Source: Chrysomallon squamiferum
Lineage: Eukaryota > Animalia > Mollusca
NCBI GenBank assembly: GCA_012295275.1
Contig: CM022679.1
Span: forward strand, 4,278,001-4,342,000
Direction: 5' to 3'
DNA: 64,000 bases
The notes beneath the pieces are model-generated. The model did not search any database, had not been told where the DNA came from, and worked only from the letters and a program-made list of their open reading frames with translations. Position numbers and translations under genes: made by a program. Below, in pieces: positions 55,764 through 64,000 of the stretch. The number at the start of each line of letters is the position of its first letter. Within the stretch, counting starts at the first letter, position 1.

Positions 55764-58700
55764 GTTACTCACACGTAAATTAGTAAGCAAATGTTAAGAC
55801 TGAATCCTGAACGTAATTTTATCAGATAAAGGGTTAAAACACGTCTGGCGCAGATACCCACCTGGTGTTCGACCGCACCCTTTCCTTCAGTTTCTGCGCT
55901 TGAAGCACGTTCTTGATGGTATTCCGTGTTCGATTCCAAAATGTTGTCTGTACTTGACAAGTCGAAACAGAAATGAAACATAATCCACAATTAGGCGTTT
56001 CTTTTTCCTTCTTTTTTTTTTTTTTTTCTTCTTCCTTTATTTATTAATTTTCTTTTTTTTGTATTATTATTATTTTTTTTATTTTCCGGTTATATGCACA
56101 AAAGTTATTTTTTTTTTAAAAACTATTTTCCCGAATAACTGTTTGTTATACAGAGAATAGTTTTCGCTAGTTATTTTCCTAATATGTTTTTGGTATACAC
56201 CCAAAACGATTCCGTGAGTAACGTATTAATATATTTCTTATAACATACATCACAATCACTTCTGCCTTTTCATTGTGTTACTCGTTTCGCTTAAGTATTT
56301 TCATAACGTCTTTCGTCCTACACACCACACAATCATTCGGTGAACACTTTCCTAACACGAAGTGTTGTAAACATAACAGTTTTCACTGAGAAATCGCCAA
56401 TCACGTTGTTGTTTTTTTTTCGGAATACCACACCTATTTTTTTTCTACAACATATTTCTCATACACTTTACTATTACAAGTGAATATCTTTGCAAAACGT
56501 TTTCTTGTTCACGATACATTATTATTAAATATTATCCTTATAACTTTTTTTGTCACAAAGAACGTCTGTGTAAGTATTTTGCTGCTAATTTTCACACTTT
56601 GTTGCATTTCCTAGAAGGAATTCGCAATCTGTGGGTCAAAGGTCAACAGTTACTCATTACAGCAGCAACTTATTATTCAACACTTTGACTTTCCTCTAAA
56701 CCGTTATCAGAACATTCTTACTGCAAACACACATCACAAGAGAAAGAGATAAAAAAAAAATAATAATAATAATAATAATAATAACTAAATAACTAAAGAA
56801 AAAAAACGCACACACACACACACAGATACACAAAACAACACAAAAGTAGACCAGTCGTCATAAATAATATTAATAATTGGTGTCGTTTATGATCGGAGCT
56901 TCGCTATTTATTGTCTAGCGCTCATAAATCGTTTTTCTTTTCGTTCCCAGTATTGCTTATTAGCTGTATTGTGTGGATAATGGCAACTCAGAGGGCGGTC
57001 GAATTCAACAGAAAAAAAAAAAAAGCAGAAAAAAAAAAAAGCCTGCATTACTCATTAAATCCCAATAAAAATGGGTTTTATTTAAAAAGTATATAATCTG
57101 CATATATCGATAATAAAATCATTTGAAATGCAGACATCAGAAAATGAAAAGAGCCCACAGATAAATAAGTTTAGTTGTAATTAAAATGACATTAGTACAC
57201 AGATACATGGAATTCTTTCAGCGCCGATACCCAGCCTGTTCGTAATTCCAGTAGTATGATTTTCTTTTTCCTTTCTGTTATGAACGATTGATAACATTGG
57301 TTTACGATCAATTCTTCTTCACAATGGAGGCGCTAATTTTAACACCGTTTATAACGCGACTAGGACGAGAAATGCAGGGTGTAAGTGACTTTGCTTTTTC
57401 TTAGTAACATACAGTTATTTGTATCTGCTGAAAACAGAAACGCCAGTAGGTATGAAAGGATAATAGAGACACAAGTGAACCACACACAAACATACAAATA
57501 CATATAATTCTCATGCTCAGTGCATTTGTATATATGGGAGTATATACGCATTATACTTATGCGAATATATGTATACATTATGTATGTATGAACGAGCGAA
57601 GACACACGTAACAACGGCTACGACCGCGATGAACCTGCATTTACTGTCACAAGAGATATTTAATATAATAGGAATGATTCAAAATGAAGTCTATTGGCAA
57701 GATGTTTATGAAAATACATAAAAGGATGTATGAATTATACATATGACGCATGCATTCTTCGTTATATGGATTATTTGGATACACTGTTATAAGTATTTTG
57801 GTTGCATGTCACCATGAATATGTCTGTCCATTGAGTGTGTGTGTGTGTGTGTGTATGTATGTATAAATATATTATGTATGTGATATGAGTCTAAGTGTGT
57901 AAGTATGTATGTATGTAATATGTATATTATATAGTACGTGTATATGTGACCTGAATATGCATTTATGTAACTATGTATTTATACATGCATGTATGTATGT
58001 ATGTGTGTATGTATGTATGTATGTATGTATGTATGTATGTATGTACGTATGTATGTATGTACGTATGTATGTATGAATAATGCATATCTGTTTACAACAG
58101 TTACTCTCTCTCACACACACACACATAAACACACACACAGAGACAAATATACAATCGCATTGTCAGACCGACGATTAAATGTAACTAACTCGTTCTCTAT
58201 AAACTGCAGAAGAATCATTGACGTCTATTGTATTCACAATCAATAATCTAGAACGAAATTCGGGTTACCAACTCTTCTTTCTTTTCTGTTTTTTAAACCA
58301 GTCTGTCTCGGACAATGAAAAAAAAAGAGAAAGAAACTAATTCAGGCCAGACATTTGTTCGAAGACGGAAAAACACCTTTCTAGAGGTGAGCCTGGTTTA
58401 TTGGTTTTTGTAGGAATCTCTCATCGAGAGTCGACAAATCAGTGCTGTAGTGCACAGCGGCGTCTTTATTAGATCAGCGGCGTCAAACTCCAATCAGTGA
58501 GCCATTTACAACTCGCTCTGACCTTCCATTTCTGTGCCAGAAGGCGACATTTGTTTCATGGTCTTCGTTTGATCTTCTTATTGTTTTGTCTGAAAAAAAA
58601 AATTGTGTAGCTTTCTTTTTCTTTTTTTTTTTTTTTTTTTTTTTTTTGAAGATAGTGGGTCAGGAAAATATTGTAATCTTCATCTTCTTCTTAGTCGCTT

Positions 58701-59180
58701 TTTTTCAGAAGAATGTTTTTTTTTTTTTTTTTTTTTTTTTTTATTAACGTGTTGATTTTCTGCTCCCGACAACAGTTCTAAATTTGAAGATTCCGATGGT
58801 CAATGAAAATAAATTAGATAATTACGCCAAAGCCAATCTTCCCAGCTCATTAGCTCTGCCCTAAGCTAGCAAAGCAGACTTGTGGACTATTTAGATGGCG
58901 GGTGTAAATGGAAAATAAAATAATGGTTATCCGGACTGAGTGAAGTGTCTAAATGACCGCAAGGCATGGTATAAATATGTACGTCTACGTAATCAAAACA
59001 GCACTAAACTAATCGTCCAGCACTGTCGTCAAAAGATAACACTGACTGCTGGATTTTAGCCCAGGACAGAGTACTTGAACCTCAGTTAATCTTGGCTTGT
59101 ATAAGATAGCCGACAGTTTGAGAGCGTCTGAGAATTACAAATTATTATATCAGTAATGATTTAGGATTGTTGGGGAATAT

Positions 59181-59304
<124 letters not shown>

Positions 59305-60189
59305 TGTCCTATCGCTCTCTTTCTGTTATCTGAAATTTTACTACCTTAAGAGGTTAAGATGAAACAAAATAAAAGTTTCACAAAATACCGAAAATCGAAA
59401 GTATTAGGAAATTCTTTACGCGTTTTCGAATAAACTCTCCATCTTTTTCCACTGTTGTTGTCTAAAACTATTAAAGCACCAACTGGAACAAGGACGATAA
59501 GAACAATAGCAAAAAGAAAAAAAAAAAAAAAAGAAGATTTTTGATCTAGTGGCGATCTTGTATAAATTATTAATTTTTAAAATATAAATACCTTGAACTG
59601 ATCAATATTATTTCTTTTCTCTTCAGTCAAAAGGCAATATAAATCCTAAAAAATTACTTTTTTAATGCTGACTTGTGACCCGTTCCACGAAACGTATCCA
59701 AAGCATGTTTTGACATTCTCCCCATCCACAAAATTAAAAAAATAAAATTAAAAAAACCCTAAGCTTTAAAATAGCATAGACATTACTGTCAAGTATTATC
59801 TCAAAATTAATTTATTGCACTTGCATTTTTGCACAATGCATCTTTTTGCTTCAGTTCTTTGTTTTTGTTTTTTGTTTTTTCTTACTGAGCGATCATTTAG
59901 ATATATTGGGTTTCGAAGCTCGCTGTGTGTGTGTGCTTTTTTGTGTTTCTGAGAAGGCACATATAAATATTTCTTCCTGCTAACTGGTAAGAGCAAGCAT
60001 TGGCTGTTCACGGTTTCTTTTTATATCACCATTACATCACAGATAATTGTGATATTAAATTTTAATTGTATATACATTTTAGCGATATTTTATGTGAATT
60101 TAGATTCATTGTAATAGTTTAGGAATATAAAAATTAAAAATTTTAAAATATATTTATAGGAATAGAACTCCAAAATATAAAATAAATAA

Positions 60190-60263
<74 letters not shown>

Positions 60264-62078
60264 TATTAATAATAAAACAAGTTTCATTTAGTCCATGCTT
60301 TATCTAAGAACTTTTGTTCTTTGCATGGAAACTGGTCATAAATATGTATCTGCAGTGCGCTTTCTAAACACAAATTTTCCCTAAAAATAATCGTTACAAA
60401 TCATCTGAACCAAGATGACATTAACTATTCACATTCAGTTTCAACATTCAAAAAAAAAAAAAAAAAAAAACGTTTTTTAAAAAGTAATAATAATAATAAT
60501 AATAAAAAATAAATAAAAAAAAAAAAATTGAAAAAGAAAGAAATCTATTATGTTATTTCTAACCTGCAGTGAATTCGTCACCTCTGGAGAGAATACATTA
60601 ATAAATCATATTTTGTTTTTGCTTTTATCTTGACGTTTCCTTTTGTTTTTATCATTGCCAATGCTGAACGCTTCGGGACACGGAGTCATCATTGACTGAA
60701 ATGATAATATCTCGCTCAGAATGCGAGTCTTTGTGTGTTTTTTAACTCTTCTGCGGTGACTGTTAGCTTGACCTAATGCCATCGTTATTAGACGCAGAGT
60801 TTTTGTGCATTTTAAATAGAGTTAATTCCATCACTTGTACAGGTCGACTTTATTACCAGCATTTGTATATTCCCGATCCACTTTCAGCCGAATTAAAATA
60901 GCGTTAATGTTATTTTTTTTTTGTATACAGTTTTGTAGACTGCATTATTTTTTTTTCTTCAAAATATGTAATATTTCAGTTTGTAGATACAATTTGCTAG
61001 GCAGGTTAGATAGATGTATTTAGAATTTGCAAATACAGTTTAGTTTATTGTACTGTTGATATCATCATCATCATTATTATTACTGTTGTTATTATTGTTA
61101 TTAAATCTAAATATTACATATGTGGGTATGTATACATGCATCAGCATGAGTGTGGAATTTCACACACTATGTTCTTTTTTGATAAAGGTAAACAAATCAA
61201 ACAGAATATTCAACATGTAACATTATTAATGACTCTACTAGGAAACATAATATTTATTATAATCAAGGTGTGAATAGAACGTCATAGAACAACAAAAAAA
61301 GCCTTATCGTGTTTTTGATAAATTAAATAAATTCAACATACAAAGGATCAAAACATAGTGAAACAGATACATTAAATGATAAGATTTTCATCTGTTCAGT
61401 GTACGTAAAATGCACGTTATGTTTCATTGGTGTCAGAAATAAAGAAAACACAGTTAGTTCAATTTCAGAAATTTTCATCATTATCTTTCATAAACCTGAT
61501 ATCTGAAACATCCACAACAACTATCATATACTAGCTCATTTGTTAACTGGTGTATTTAAAACATTGATTTTTCACTATTCTCTGAATCATTGTCAGCACT
61601 TAGAGGAGGCATAACCTTTCACTGCCAGTCTTTTGGTACAAGCCATTTCACCTGAAACTTTTTTTATTTTTTAATCTGAGACTAGCCCGCGCCAGCTGCT
61701 GAAAGGTCAGATGGTTGGAGATCGCGACTGAAGCTTCAGGGTCGCGGGCTGCACCTTGGTCAATTAACAAGTTTGTGTTTCGTAGACGTCAGATGCATTA
61801 CGTTGTAACTTACAGCTAACTGACTGCCATCCTCTGAATTAAGACTACGTAATGAGGTAAATGGTTTCCTGGCTGACATATGTTTGAGCTTACCAGGAAG
61901 AAGAAACTGCAGGTGATGGTCTTGAAGTCGTTGATTGGTGGCACTTTGAGAAACGTTAGAACCGCCGAAGACGTCAGAGAATAAACTGTGTGTTGTCTGA
62001 AAATCACTTAACGACGTAGTTCCTTTGATTTCTGTTCAGAGTTAGCTTCATGGAAACGTTTAATAATGATGATAAAGA

Positions 62079-62113
<35 letters not shown>

Positions 62114-64000
62114 TTATGTTTTGTACTAAATTAATAAAACTTGAGTGATTTATTTGTTTCACATGGTCCTAATCAGTAGAAAATGTTATGATATGATTAT
62201 GGTAAATGTGGTAAATATTTATCTAATAATTATTAATATCTTTTCTTTTAAATAAATGAATCATGGAAGAGTTATTTATTTCACATGGTCATAATAAGAA
62301 AAAGTCTGTTGTGAATCACAAAGTCTTATTTAAAAAAGAAAAAAATGAATCGCTGTCATACTGCTTATTTATTGCACCATGCCATGATAGAAAACTCTCT
62401 ATTTAGTTTCAAAGTAAATCTTCATATTGTTGTTGTTAGGCAATCAATTTAGTGTGAGTTGAATATCAAGTCTCGAGAAATTGATTATAAAGATATACTT
62501 TTCAGATTAACTTAAGTTCGATGCTGATGTAACAGAATAAAAACCGGAAACGTTTGAGTCAGTGAAAAGCTTTTCGTTTTATTGACAACGTAACAGATTT
62601 TTAGTCGCCATGTTTATATACTGAATGAAATTAAAATAGCTTTCAATAAACAAAAAACAAAAACAAATTAAAAAACGGAGAGGTGAAAAAAAAAAAAAAT
62701 TAATTACACAGCACGAAACAATCTGCAGCACGATTCTTTTGGGAATGTCTCCAGTTAATTGTCGAGTCTCGCATAAATAATTAATAATTAGATAAGCATA
62801 CAATGTCTACATCCCAGATTTGATGATGTTTTCTGAAGAGGTCAGACAAGCAATAAAATTATGCACGACGTCAATTACGATGTTTGGATTCGTGTTTTGT
62901 TTGTATCATGTTATCAACGGTCGACGTGATGACACTCTACGACAACAGCGCTGGATCGCGCAACGTCTGTAATAATTGAAGAGACAAACAATAACTCGAA
63001 GTGGCGCGATACATGTCAGACATTCCCCAGAGTTTCGTTTCAATAATTTAAATCAGCTTTTATCGATTACTGATTTATGAATGGGTTTGAAAATGTTTGG
63101 ACTTGAATACTCAAGGGTTCTCTTTTTTCGGGAACTAGATCTAGGACTGTTAACTGCAGAATAGTAAATTAAAAACAGAGAGAGGGAGAGAGTTGCATAC
63201 TGAAGATGGTGGTGGTAGATTATTTAGCCATTTTCCTTGAGTCGATGGCCACTTTGCGATCCTGACAGTAGCTCTGTTACAGAAATGTGCTGTCGTGTAA
63301 GTGTGTGTTTCCTGCAGTTATTAATTGTATAACAGAATAACTGGAGAAGGTGTGACATCATGACCTGTGACCTGCTGTGAGGGTCACTGTTACTGCTAAC
63401 CACATACGAAGAAAAAGAAGAAGAAGATCACGATGATGAAGATGATGATTAAAATAATGACGAAGAAGAAGATGATGATGATGATGATGAAAGAGAAAAG
63501 AAGAGAACAAAGAATAAAGAAGAAAAAAAAAGACCACCGCTTCCTCTGGCATATTAGGATTTGTTGATTCTTCAGTTAAAAAAAATTAAATTAAATCTTT
63601 ATAGATTTTTTATTTTACATAAAAATATTAAAATGTCTTCCTTGTCTTTCTGTAATAAATTATAAATAAATTTGTAAAACTGTTAACCAACCGGTATTTG
63701 GTTTACAAAAGCATTTGAATTAGAAATAAAATATGCATCAGCACTAGACTTGAAACAGTTACCAAATAAAGTTTTATAATTAAAATATTTAAAATTCCAG
63801 TTGGGGAATAAACAAAACAAAAATCTCGCAAACATCACGCAATGACCACCAACAACCACCATAGAACTTCTTCAAATTGATTTAAAATATTTAAAATAGG
63901 CTTTCGGTTCTAACATGACATTAATAATTAAGTCATTTTTAATCCTAAAATAAATTTTGAAAAACACAGCCTTTCAAAAAGATGACGATTTATTCAGGCA

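Noticed and set aside
55769-55990. 73-aa minus-strand ORF ending near a donor-like CGT|GTGAGT (55772)
   Set aside because: No recognisable homology and no ATG start. It could be a UTR exon, but nothing in the sequence distinguishes it from chance.

Overview
AT-rich, microsatellite-dense eukaryotic DNA, most consistent with a mollusc (probably a gastropod; this is inferred from the receptor type and from SINE-like relics). Almost all ORFs in the supplied track are simple-repeat artefacts. One protein-coding gene can be fully reconstructed by hand: a 7-coding-exon Cys-loop receptor on the minus strand (CDS 42644-42593, 22441-22242, 21325-21216, 19739-19285, 18602-18516, 18122-18007, 17350-16919; 1452 nt, 483 aa). 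All introns are GT-AG with matching phases, and the first coding intron is about 20 kb. It is a nicotinic acetylcholine receptor alpha-type subunit with an intact ACh site (Cys loop, loops A/B/C/D, vicinal Cys). However, its selectivity filter reads PPESPAK instead of the cationic PPDSGEK, so it is predicted to be an anion-selective (inhibitory, chloride-conducting) nAChR of the kind described in Lymnaea. Non-coding features include a hAT-like MITE with an 8-bp TSD, degenerate tRNA-derived SINE-like relics, two dispersed inverted repeat pairs, a perfect 15-bp hairpin with a third competing arm, a duplicated splice donor, a ~40-bp-period motif array downstream of the gene and several motif clusters. 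No prokaryotic features, CRISPR arrays, rRNA or tRNA genes were found.
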